Assembly: GCA_965207885.1 (NCBI GenBank) | Contig: OZ242311.1 | Span: 832,001-896,000, forward strand | Direction: 5' to 3' | Length of the DNA: 64,000 bases | Origin: Candidatus Latescibacterota bacterium | GTDB lineage: Bacteria > Latescibacterota > UBA2968 | In this document: piece after piece, positions 9,238 through 19,106 of the stretch | Numbering within the stretch: position 1 is the first letter of the stretch | Layout: every line of letters begins with the position of its first letter | Made by a program: the position numbers and the translations under genes | The notes under the pieces: model-generated | Seen by the model: the letters and a program-made list of their open reading frames with translations, nothing else | Databases searched by the model: none | What the model was told of the DNA's origin: nothing

Positions 9238-10083
9238 ATGACTATGACACCTATGCCTGATAAATGGGATGACTATTGTTTTGATCTTGCAGGTTTCCTC
9301 ATTTTGGAGAATGTTGTTCCCTTAGAACGCATTGCCGAGATCAACGAGAAAGTCGATGAATGGCTTGCGCTAAGTGATGCGGGAAAGGAATGGATAGGGA
9401 ATGTCCATGCGAGGCGCAGTAAAAATACTGACAGTTGCAATGTGAATTTCAGGAATGTTATAGAAGGTGGCTCGTGCTTTGAAGCGCTGATCGACAACCC
9501 CAACTGGATCGAATTTGTCAAGCGGTATGTCGATAACCACGGTTTGCATATCTGGATGAATTTCCTTCCGATCATCCGCCAGGGAAACCATGCGAGGTTG
9601 CGTTCTGGGGGGCACAACAAGAGGTATCGAACCAGCTTTATTTATCACGACAATAACTTTTTCTGTGGCAATTTGAATATTTTTCTCGCACTCAACGATA
9701 TTGGCCCTGGAGATGGTGGGGTTCTCATTGTTCCCGGATCCCATAAGTCCAATCTTCCGAATCCATTGATGCACCAGAACGGGAAAGACGAAAAGGGTGA
9801 CACGCTTGAACCAGATGAGATGGCCCCTTTCCTTAAGGAAGTGCATCTCAAGGCGGGAGATGCGATTCTGTTTACAGATGCGCTTATTCACGGCACCAGT
9901 ATGAGGACCAATGAAGGGGAGCGCCGCGCATTGATTTATCGCTATTCGTCTTTTTGGACCCGAGATCGTTTTGGGTATGAATATTCCGATGAATTGGTGG
10001 CGAGATTAACACCCGCCCAAAAAAGAATTATTCGTCCTATTGAGCCATCAAAACCACCGGTTATGCAAAGGAGGTCCTTATGA
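9238..10083 (+). CDS. PhyH-like paralog with first iron-ligand His replaced by Arg
   Basis: Clear paralog of 8391-9224; LRSGGH where paralog has VHSGGH. Confidence 0.85.
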   Translation: MTMTPMPDKWDDYCFDLAGFLILENVVPLERIAEINEKVDEWLALSDAGKEWIGNVHARRSKNTDSCNVNFRNVIEGGSCFEALIDNPNWIEFVKRYVDNHGLHIWMNFLPIIRQGNHARLRSGGHNKRYRTSFIYHDNNFFCGNLNIFLALNDIGPGDGGVLIVPGSHKSNLPNPLMHQNGKDEKGDTLEPDEMAPFLKEVHLKAGDAILFTDALIHGTSMRTNEGERRALIYRYSSFWTRDRFGYEYSDELVARLTPAQKRIIRPIEPSKPPVMQRRSL

Positions 10084-11483
10084 CATCGCCAAATATCGTC
10101 TTCATTCTCATATCGGACATGGGATGGCGCGATGTTGGCTTTCTGGGTTGTAAGACGCATGAAACGCCGAATATTGATCGCCTTGCTCACGGTGGCATGA
10201 TTTTTCCGCAGACGTATTCTTGTGGGCCTAATTGCGCGCCTTCCCGTGCCAGTATTATGTCGGGCATGTACACACCTCGCCATGAGATCTATACACCTGG
10301 TGGTGCATCTAAAGGCGATGTTCGTCTGATGAAATTGATAACGCCTGCTCGCGATGCCGATTTAGAACGCTTTCCTTCTAAATATCCAATAGCCCTCAAG
10401 CCCGATGTCACTTGCATACCGCAAGTGCTCAAATCTGCGGGATATACTTGTGGTTCTATCGGCAAATGGCAACTTGGTAATGATCCTGAAGCGGGACCCA
10501 TTTCTAAAGGCTTTGATCACAATGTCGGTGGTCACCAGAGAATGGGGCGCCATTTTAGCCCTTATAAAAATCCTGCTATGCGCGATGGTCCTGAAGGTGA
10601 GTATCTCACAGATCGGCTCACCGACGAAGCGGTTCAATTCATTCAAGACAATCGGGATGGCCCTTTTTTTCTTTATCTCGCCCACTGGGCACTGCATGCC
10701 CCCATTTTAGCCAAAGCTGATAAAATTGCCGCCTACGAGAAAGCCGGGCATCCCAACCCGCCTTATGGGGCTATGGTTGAAAGTGTTGATGAAAGCGTGG
10801 GTCGCGTGATGCAAACGCTCGACGATCTCGATCTTGCAGACAATACTCTTGTCATCTTTTCAGTAGATCATGGCGGCATAACCAAATACACCAATATGGA
10901 TCCGTTACGCGGTGGCAAAGGCGCGCTTTACGAAGGCGGTATCCGCGTATCTACCTGCATGCGTTGGTCCAGTGTCATTCCTGCGGACACAACATGCGAT
11001 GTACCGATCTACGGTATCGACTTTATGCCTACCCTAACTGAAGTCACCTCTGGTACACTTCCTGAGCACCAACCTGTTGATGGTGAAAGTCTGGTTCCTC
11101 TCTTTTCTGGCGCAACATCCCTTAAACGCGATACCCTGTACTGGCACTTCCCTCTGTATCTCGGAGGATCTGATTGCCAAAATATCACGCCCTTGCGGGG
11201 TGGTCGCGCGGGTCGAGGTACGGGTTGGCGTACTGTGCCTTCGGGAGCTATCCGCAAGGGTGATTGGAAACTGATTGAGCAGTTTGATACCGGTAGTGTG
11301 GAACTTTACAATATTGCAGACGACATCGGGGAGCAAAATGATCTTGCCACTGATCATCCCGAAAAGGCCGCTGAACTTTTGAAGGCTCTCAAAAATTGGC
11401 AATGCGATACAAAAGCCATTATCCCCAACGAACCCAATCCGTATTATGATCCCTACTACGAACGCACTGTTGCTCAACAATGA
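10080..11483 (+). CDS. Formylglycine-dependent (Cys-type) sulfatase, cytoplasmic
   Basis: PNIVFI..D, CAPSRAS signature, GKW, GGKGALYEGGIR, GEQNDLA; no signal peptide. Confidence 0.9.
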   Translation: MTSPNIVFILISDMGWRDVGFLGCKTHETPNIDRLAHGGMIFPQTYSCGPNCAPSRASIMSGMYTPRHEIYTPGGASKGDVRLMKLITPARDADLERFPSKYPIALKPDVTCIPQVLKSAGYTCGSIGKWQLGNDPEAGPISKGFDHNVGGHQRMGRHFSPYKNPAMRDGPEGEYLTDRLTDEAVQFIQDNRDGPFFLYLAHWALHAPILAKADKIAAYEKAGHPNPPYGAMVESVDESVGRVMQTLDDLDLADNTLVIFSVDHGGITKYTNMDPLRGGKGALYEGGIRVSTCMRWSSVIPADTTCDVPIYGIDFMPTLTEVTSGTLPEHQPVDGESLVPLFSGATSLKRDTLYWHFPLYLGGSDCQNITPLRGGRAGRGTGWRTVPSGAIRKGDWKLIEQFDTGSVELYNIADDIGEQNDLATDHPEKAAELLKALKNWQCDTKAIIPNEPNPYYDPYYERTVAQQ

Positions 11484-11503
11484 AAGAGATTAAGGAGTTC
11501 TAT

Positions 11504-11540
11504 GTGAAAAAGCCCAATATTTTTGATTATTAACTCAAGT
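11504..11540 (+). pseudogene. Stub of a second sulfatase-like gene
   Basis: TAAGGAG RBS, GTG AAA AAG CCC AAT ATT; removing one T gives MKKPNILIINS, a typical sulfatase start. Confidence 0.4.
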
Positions 11541-11734
11541 AGTGACGTAAAAGATTGCAAAATGTCCATGTAGGATTTATTAGAAATTGTGCCGATGTCG
11601 TGTAGATCTTCCCCAACCAGCAGGCCTGTGAACGACTAAAAATTCCCATCTTTTACCTCCTTTGTATGGGAATTAGCTGGCTGCTTGCTACAAGCAGCAG
11701 CCAGCACAAAATAAAAGGGATGGAGGAGTAAAAC

Positions 11735-11944
11735 ATGAACCAGCCATTACTTATTGAACCCGAGACTGTAGTAGTGGACCGTAGCCCTACGCCAATTCCT
11801 CGCCCAACGATACTTACTATTTATTATCGCACCTCAGATGGTGCATTGTCTGCTGTAGCGTTCGGATTGTCCACGCATCAGGCAGATAAACTGGAGTCGG
11901 ATTTACGCCTAAAGAGGGGGGAAGCACCAACATCAGGAACATGA
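11735..11944 (+). CDS. Small hypothetical protein
   Basis: 69-aa ORF with GGAGG RBS. Confidence 0.4.
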   Translation: MNQPLLIEPETVVVDRSPTPIPRPTILTIYYRTSDGALSAVAFGLSTHQADKLESDLRLKRGEAPTSGT

Positions 11945-12025
11945 AGATAAACATCCTTTTAGCTGGCATTTCTAATGTCAACCTTGCTGTTCACCTATTT
12001 GGACTTGGCCCGCTTTGGTGTATAA

Positions 12026-12117
12026 CATTATAGATCACCCATCACTTATGAAAAACTGCATCAATCACAGGCTTGATACACAAGCCCTAAACTCTCCACC
12101 GAAGCGAGGTAACTCCA
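12026..12117 (+). mobile_element. IS3-family right-end remnant
   Basis: HYRSPITYEKLHQSQA* resembles OrfB C-terminus, then ...CTCTCCACCGAAGCGAGGTAACTCCA end in CA. Confidence 0.65.
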
Positions 12118-12196
12118 ACTCCACCATCGGGTTTGGCGACTTTCTGCTTTGAGCTATTTCCATTAAGATAGTCTGCTTATAAATAAGGAAAAACCA

Positions 12197-14785
12197 ATGC
12201 GAAAACAGACTCTGTTTATTCTGTCAACACTCGCTCTTTTGATGTATCCGCTGTTTCTTTCGGCACAGAATAACTTTTCCATTTCGTTGGATGTAAATAG
12301 TGCGGCGAGCAATCAATCCGTTACTCCAGACTTTGATGGCAATGGTATTGTTGATTTTGCCGATTTTTTGGCGCTTGCAGGTCTGTTTGGTTCACGTCAG
12401 GGCGATGGGAGGTATGAAGCGAAGTATGATCTGGACAGCGATGGCGCAATTGGATTTTCCGATTTTCTGATCTTTAGTGCCAGCTTTGGCAAAGAGGTAT
12501 CTCCCCCTGATGGTACAACGCAGGTTGCCATTCCAGATGCGAGCCTGCGTGCGGTCATTGCAGACAGTCTCGGCAAAGCGAGCGATGCGCCAATCACTCA
12601 GGCAGAGATGGCGACCTTAACTCACCTTTATGCACAGAACAAGAATATTCGCGATCTGACCGGGCTTGAGTTTGCAATTAACCTGACAGAGTTGGACCTT
12701 GGTGCAGAGTTCGTGGGAGGGGAGTGGGTGAACAGCAACGAGATATCCAACCTTTCACCGCTATCTAATTTAACCCATCTGCAATTGCTGACTCTTGACA
12801 ACAACAGCATATCGGATGTGACGCCACTATCTAACTTAACCAGCCTGGAAAGGCTGAGGCTTCTTAGCAACAGCATATCGAATGTGACACCCCTATCTAA
12901 TTTGATCAGTCTGGAAGTGCTGAGGCTTTCCAGAAATAGCATATCGAATGTGGCACCCCTATCTAACTTGACCAATCTAAGAACCCTATCTCTTTCCGAC
13001 AACAGCATATCGGATGTGACGCCGTTATCTAATTTGACCAATCTAAGAGTGCTGATTCTTGACAACAACAGCATATCGGATGTGGTGCCGCTATCTAACT
13101 TAACCAGCCTGCTATTGCTGATTCTTGACAACAACAGCATATCGGATGTGACATCTCTATCTACACTGACTAACCTGACAACGCTGTGGCTTTCCAACAA
13201 CAGCATATCGGATGTGACGCCGTTATCTAATTTGATCGGCTTGGAAGAGTTGGATCTTGACAACAACAGCATCTCAGACCTCGCGCCGCTGGTGGCAAAC
13301 ACGGGATTGGGTAGTGGAGATGAGGTTGAGGTGGAGAACAACCCCTTGAGTGCCATATCAATCAACACACACATCCCAGCCCTTCAGAGCAGAGGAGTTA
13401 GTGTACTCTATACCCGTAGTGGCGGTAGTGGTGGTGGCAGTACAACGGACGTTTTCATTCCGGATGCAAGCCTGTATGCGGTCATTGCGAACAGTCTCGG
13501 CAAGGCGTTCGGTGCGCCAATCACGCAGGCAGAGATGGCGACCTTAACCCGCCTTGATGCCTCGAACCTGAATATTCGCGATCTGACCGGACTTGAGTTT
13601 GCAATTAACCTGACAGAGTTGGTCCTCGGTGGAAACGAAGGGAGATTGGGGGAGGTAAACATCAATGAGCTATTCAACAACCTTTCGCTATACTTGACCA
13701 ATCTAATAGAACTATGGATTAACTTTTCCTTCAACTTTTCCGTCAACAGCATATCGGATGTGACGCCACTATCTAACTTGACCAGGTTAAGAGTCCTGGA
13801 TCTTTCCTATAACAGCATATCGGATTTGGCACCGCTATCTAACTTGACCAATCTGGAAGTGCTGGATCTTTCCGGCACAAGCATATCGAATGTGACACCG
13901 CTATCTAACTTGACCAGGCTAAGAGTTCTGTCTCTTTCCGACAACAGCATATCGAACGTGACACCACTATCTAACTTGACCAATCTGGAAGTGCTGGATC
14001 TTTCCGGCACAAGCATATCGAATGTGACACCGCTATCTAACTTGACCAGGCTAAGGACCCTGGATCTTTCCGAAACCAGCATATCGAATATGTCTGCACT
14101 GTCAGGATTAACCAGTCTGGAAGTGCTGGATCTTTCCGGCACAAGCATATCGAATGTGACACCACTATCTAACTTGACCAGGCTAAGAGTTCTGTCTCTT
14201 TCCGACAACAGCATATCAAATGTGACGCCGCTTGTGACGCTTCTATCTAACTTGAATAACCTGGTAATGCTGGATCTTTCTGACAACGGCATATCGGATG
14301 TGACATCGCTATCGAACTTGACCAATCTAAGATGGCTGGATCTTTCCGACAATAGCATATCGGATATGACGCCGCTATCGAACTTGACCCGCCTGGAATG
14401 GCTGTCTCTTTCCGACAACAGCATATCGAATGTGACATCGCTATCGAACTTAATCAACCTGAAAGGGTTGGAACTTAACGACAACAGCATCTCAGACCTC
14501 GCGCCACTGGTGGCAAACACGGGATTGGGTGAAGGAGATTGGGTCGAAGTAAGGAATAACCCCTTAAGTGCCACATCAATCAACACGCATATTCCAGCCC
14601 TTGAGAGCAGAGGGGTTAATGTGGATTTTAGCGCATCGAAGCCTACGGTGAATAACAAAGAACTGAGAATGCCCCTCCGGATGATAGAACCGTTAGGGAT
14701 GGAAAAATGGAAGGTGGGCGATTATATTTATAAACCGTTGGGCTTTTTCTATAATTTGAGAAAAGGTCGCTTGAATGATTTTTGA
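12197..14785 (+). CDS. Secreted dockerin-like/EF-hand + internalin-like 22-aa LRR protein, two tandem LRR modules
   Basis: Signal peptide; DFDGNG..ADFL/DLDSDG..SDFL; IPDASL cap x2; LSNLTxLxxLxLxxNSISDVTP repeats. Confidence 0.9.
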   Translation: MRKQTLFILSTLALLMYPLFLSAQNNFSISLDVNSAASNQSVTPDFDGNGIVDFADFLALAGLFGSRQGDGRYEAKYDLDSDGAIGFSDFLIFSASFGKEVSPPDGTTQVAIPDASLRAVIADSLGKASDAPITQAEMATLTHLYAQNKNIRDLTGLEFAINLTELDLGAEFVGGEWVNSNEISNLSPLSNLTHLQLLTLDNNSISDVTPLSNLTSLERLRLLSNSISNVTPLSNLISLEVLRLSRNSISNVAPLSNLTNLRTLSLSDNSISDVTPLSNLTNLRVLILDNNSISDVVPLSNLTSLLLLILDNNSISDVTSLSTLTNLTTLWLSNNSISDVTPLSNLIGLEELDLDNNSISDLAPLVANTGLGSGDEVEVENNPLSAISINTHIPALQSRGVSVLYTRSGGSGGGSTTDVFIPDASLYAVIANSLGKAFGAPITQAEMATLTRLDASNLNIRDLTGLEFAINLTELVLGGNEGRLGEVNINELFNNLSLYLTNLIELWINFSFNFSVNSISDVTPLSNLTRLRVLDLSYNSISDLAPLSNLTNLEVLDLSGTSISNVTPLSNLTRLRVLSLSDNSISNVTPLSNLTNLEVLDLSGTSISNVTPLSNLTRLRTLDLSETSISNMSALSGLTSLEVLDLSGTSISNVTPLSNLTRLRVLSLSDNSISNVTPLVTLLSNLNNLVMLDLSDNGISDVTSLSNLTNLRWLDLSDNSISDMTPLSNLTRLEWLSLSDNSISNVTSLSNLINLKGLELNDNSISDLAPLVANTGLGEGDWVEVRNNPLSATSINTHIPALESRGVNVDFSASKPTVNNKELRMPLRMIEPLGMEKWKVGDYIYKPLGFFYNLRKGRLNDF

Positions 14786-14813
14786 CACCTCGATTTTCGC
14801 ACTACCGAGAAAC

Positions 14814-14872
14814 TGGAGTTGCCCCGCTTCGGTGGAGAGTTTAGGGCTTGGGTTTCAAGCCTGTGTTTGATG
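14814..14872 (-). mobile_element. IS3-family right end, inverted copy
   Basis: Reverse complement matches 12059-12117 at 54/59 positions. Confidence 0.65.
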
Positions 14873-14947
14873 TTTGGAGTTGACCAATCTCAATAGCCTC
14901 TACCAAATTCCTAATGTTATTGTTTGTAGCTATTCGAGTACAACCAA

Positions 14948-14979
14948 AAGCCCGTCAATCATCACCGATTGACGGGCTT
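14948..14979. terminator. Hairpin/terminator next to tRNA fragment
   Basis: AAGCCCGTCAATC-6nt-GATTGACGGGCTT. Confidence 0.7.
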
Positions 14980-14989
14980 GATTATTTTT

Positions 14990-15031
14990 TTGCCCAACTG
15001 GGATTCGAACCTCGATTCTACGGTCCAAAAC
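14990..15031 (-). pseudogene. 3' half of tRNA-Gln(TTG)-like sequence (att remnant)
   Basis: Minus strand GTTTTGGACCGTAGAATCGAGGTTCGAATCCCAGTTGGGCAA: anticodon loop TTG, GGTTCGAATCC T-loop, GGGCA acceptor; 5' half absent, T-stem mismatched. Confidence 0.65.
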
Positions 15032-15065
15032 TGATTGATCCTGGTATATTGTATATAATTCCAAA

Positions 15066-15099
15066 CAAAAAAGGACACCCAATAGAGTGTCCTTTTTTG
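15066..15099 (-). terminator. Rho-independent terminator of groESL
   Basis: CAAAAAAGGACAC...GTGTCCTTTTTTG. Confidence 0.8.
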
Positions 15100-15114
15100 C
15101 GACAAATGAACCGC

Positions 15115-17072
<1,958 letters not shown>

Positions 17073-17123
17073 TTTTATAGCCTCCTTATGCGAGGTGGAG
17101 TGAAAAGAAACGGATGATGTGTT

Positions 17124-17150
17124 TTAGCACTCTCATCTGTCGAGTGCTAA
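17124..17150. promoter_or_regulatory. CIRCE element (HrcA operator)
   Basis: TTAGCACTC-N9-GAGTGCTAA exact, upstream of groES. Confidence 0.97.
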
Positions 17151-17160
17151 TGGGGCGGAG

Positions 17161-17189
17161 AATATATCAAAGACCTTTCAGAAGCGCAA
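17161..17189 (-). promoter_or_regulatory. Probable sigma70 promoter of groESL
   Basis: TTGCGC-17nt-TATATT on minus strand just upstream of CIRCE. Confidence 0.6.
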
Positions 17190-17244
17190 GAAAAAATAAA
17201 AAAAATGGGACAGTCTCGATGGAGATTGTCCCAGAAATTGTGAC

Positions 17245-17351
17245 GGGCGGGCACGGGGACACCGCCCCTACAATGATTGTGTTCAAACGCAGGAGATCGT
17301 AGGGGACGGTTCCCGTATAAGGGCATTACGGGACAGGCCCTGTGCCGTCCC
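17245..17351. repeat. GTAG-type REP pair, second copy with nested mini-palindrome
   Basis: GGGCGG...CCGCCCCTAC and GTAGGGGACGG...CCGTCCC. Confidence 0.75.
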
Positions 17352-17364
17352 GATCCCCGGTCCT

Positions 17365-17808
17365 TTATTTCGCATTGTAAAGCGTCTGAAAAGCGTTTAT
17401 GTGATCGCGCAAGGTCTGCGCGTTTTTCGGGTCTGTGGTTTGCTTGCATTTCATTGCCGTGCGTATAATTTTGTGCAGGGCTATTAGCTTTTCAGTATAG
17501 GCTGCGGCATCCCCTTCCGCAGGTTCTGTGATCCGCTGCGCCAGGAAGTATTGTGCGACAATGTCGCGAATCTGATCGGCATGGTGCTCTTTGTTGACGA
17601 CCCAACGCACGATCTGGTTGTTGTTTTTCTCGCTTTCTCCTGATAATTTATTGATTTCATTCATCGACTTTTCAATGGTGGTCACATTTTCCAATAGCAG
17701 AGCAAACCGATCCTCATCGCCATAGATCCCACACGGTATCTCGCAGTGCGCCCCGACGAGAATGGGAAAAAGGAATACGCTCAGCAAAGAAGCAGTAAAA
17801 TGTTTCAT
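17365..17808 (-). CDS. sodN: Nickel superoxide dismutase with Sec-type leader
   Basis: Ni-hook HCEIPCGIY after LVGA; MKCKQ motif. Confidence 0.92.
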   Translation of the reverse strand: MKHFTASLLSVFLFPILVGAHCEIPCGIYGDEDRFALLLENVTTIEKSMNEINKLSGESEKNNNQIVRWVVNKEHHADQIRDIVAQYFLAQRITEPAEGDAAAYTEKLIALHKIIRTAMKCKQTTDPKNAQTLRDHINAFQTLYNAK

Positions 17809-17834
17809 ATTGGTCTCCTTGTAAAAAGGTCAAC

Positions 17835-17860
17835 GGGCGACCACAGGGGGTCGCCCCTAC
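17835..17860. repeat. GTAG-type REP
   Basis: GGGCGACCACAGGGGGTCGCCCCTAC. Confidence 0.75.
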
Positions 17861-17905
17861 AAATTCGGATTAACAATTTGGAATATAATACAAATCAGCC
17901 CGGAT

Positions 17906-18985
17906 TCAAAACCCCCACATGCGCATTGCTGCGTCGGTTTTGATATTTACACCGATCTCGCGGAGCGGTTCGCGACTGTCCAATAGAAAGCGTTTGACGG
18001 CTTCTATTCCCACGATGATACCCAAACCGGGTTCCACGACCTCGCGCTCTTCAACCGAGATGTGATCGAGCAAGTCGGGCGATAATGTCGCCCCTTCATT
18101 TAGTTTTCGGTTGGGTACCAGCAATCGGAATGTTTCTGTTGTGGCTCCCCGACAAAGACCCACGAGTTCAAAATTGGGCAGTCCATCTCGCACGGCAACT
18201 ACGGGCCCGCCACTGTAGCCCGCACGGATGGGCGCATCGACAAAAAACCGATCTTTGTCTTCGTCCAAACTCACTGTGCCCGCAGTGAGGCGCATCTTGT
18301 TTTTTGGATGACCTGCGATATAGACAAAATTGCCCCATTGCAGATCCGATGTTTTGCCCAGCCGCCGAGAAAAAGGCGATGGGTCTCTCATCGGATTGGG
18401 AATATTGAGTTTGAGTAAAGCCAGATCTACTTCAGGGTCGAGGCGCACGATTTTTGCAGAGATGCTTTCGCCATTGCGATTGACTACGTGCAATGAGGTG
18501 CTGATTTTGATGGAAATCCGTTCGAGTACCTTCGTTTCTATGCCCCGGGCGTCCCGCATAAAATACCGAATGGTATCCGGTGCTGTCACCACATGTGCAT
18601 TTGTCAGTGCAATTGCCGTGTCGTATCGATTGGTCGAGGTTTGCCGCGTGACCACAAGCGCGGTGCCCACTTTGGAATAAGAATCGACGGTTTCGCGGAT
18701 ACCATCTCGCGCCAGCCGATACCCCGTTGGGCTGTTTTTATCTGTTAAAGGCAAATGGCGTGAAAAGCCCCTGTCATCTCTCATATTATGTGTGTAGAAC
18801 ACGTTGGCATATTGGGGCGTCCACACGACTTTTACGGTGGAGGTGAACAGGGTTTCAAATCCCGCCTGGGCATCGCCTCGCCCAACGGGTACGCGATAAT
18901 CGTATTCCCCATCGGGTGCCAGAACATATTGCGCGGCGCATCCCCCAAAGCACAAGAGAGCGATCAGGTAGTAGAGGTTTTGCAT
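17906..18985 (-). CDS. Trypsin-like (S1) serine protease lipoprotein
   Basis: Lipobox FGGC; TNAHVV, DLALL, GYSGGP triad motifs. Confidence 0.85.
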   Translation of the reverse strand: MQNLYYLIALLCFGGCAAQYVLAPDGEYDYRVPVGRGDAQAGFETLFTSTVKVVWTPQYANVFYTHNMRDDRGFSRHLPLTDKNSPTGYRLARDGIRETVDSYSKVGTALVVTRQTSTNRYDTAIALTNAHVVTAPDTIRYFMRDARGIETKVLERISIKISTSLHVVNRNGESISAKIVRLDPEVDLALLKLNIPNPMRDPSPFSRRLGKTSDLQWGNFVYIAGHPKNKMRLTAGTVSLDEDKDRFFVDAPIRAGYSGGPVVAVRDGLPNFELVGLCRGATTETFRLLVPNRKLNEGATLSPDLLDHISVEEREVVEPGLGIIVGIEAVKRFLLDSREPLREIGVNIKTDAAMRMWGF

Positions 18986-19106
18986 TGCTTTTTCGCGCCC
19001 TTTCCGTATATTTGCCCTGAGTTTTCCTCAGCAGTATAACACTTTCGTTCAAACACCGCCACCATATCTCCCGCCTATTTGTCTGCCATTGGCTCCTGTA
19101 AAAAAT

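Noticed and set aside
12628-14658. Long antisense ORFs (12628-13374, 13807-14658) and a CRISPR-like periodic pattern
   Set aside because: Shadow of the 66-bp coding LRR repeats; no unique spacers and no cas genes.
14990-15031. Functional tRNA-Gln gene
   Set aside because: No D-arm or 5' acceptor strand, and the T-stem is mismatched; treated as an att remnant.
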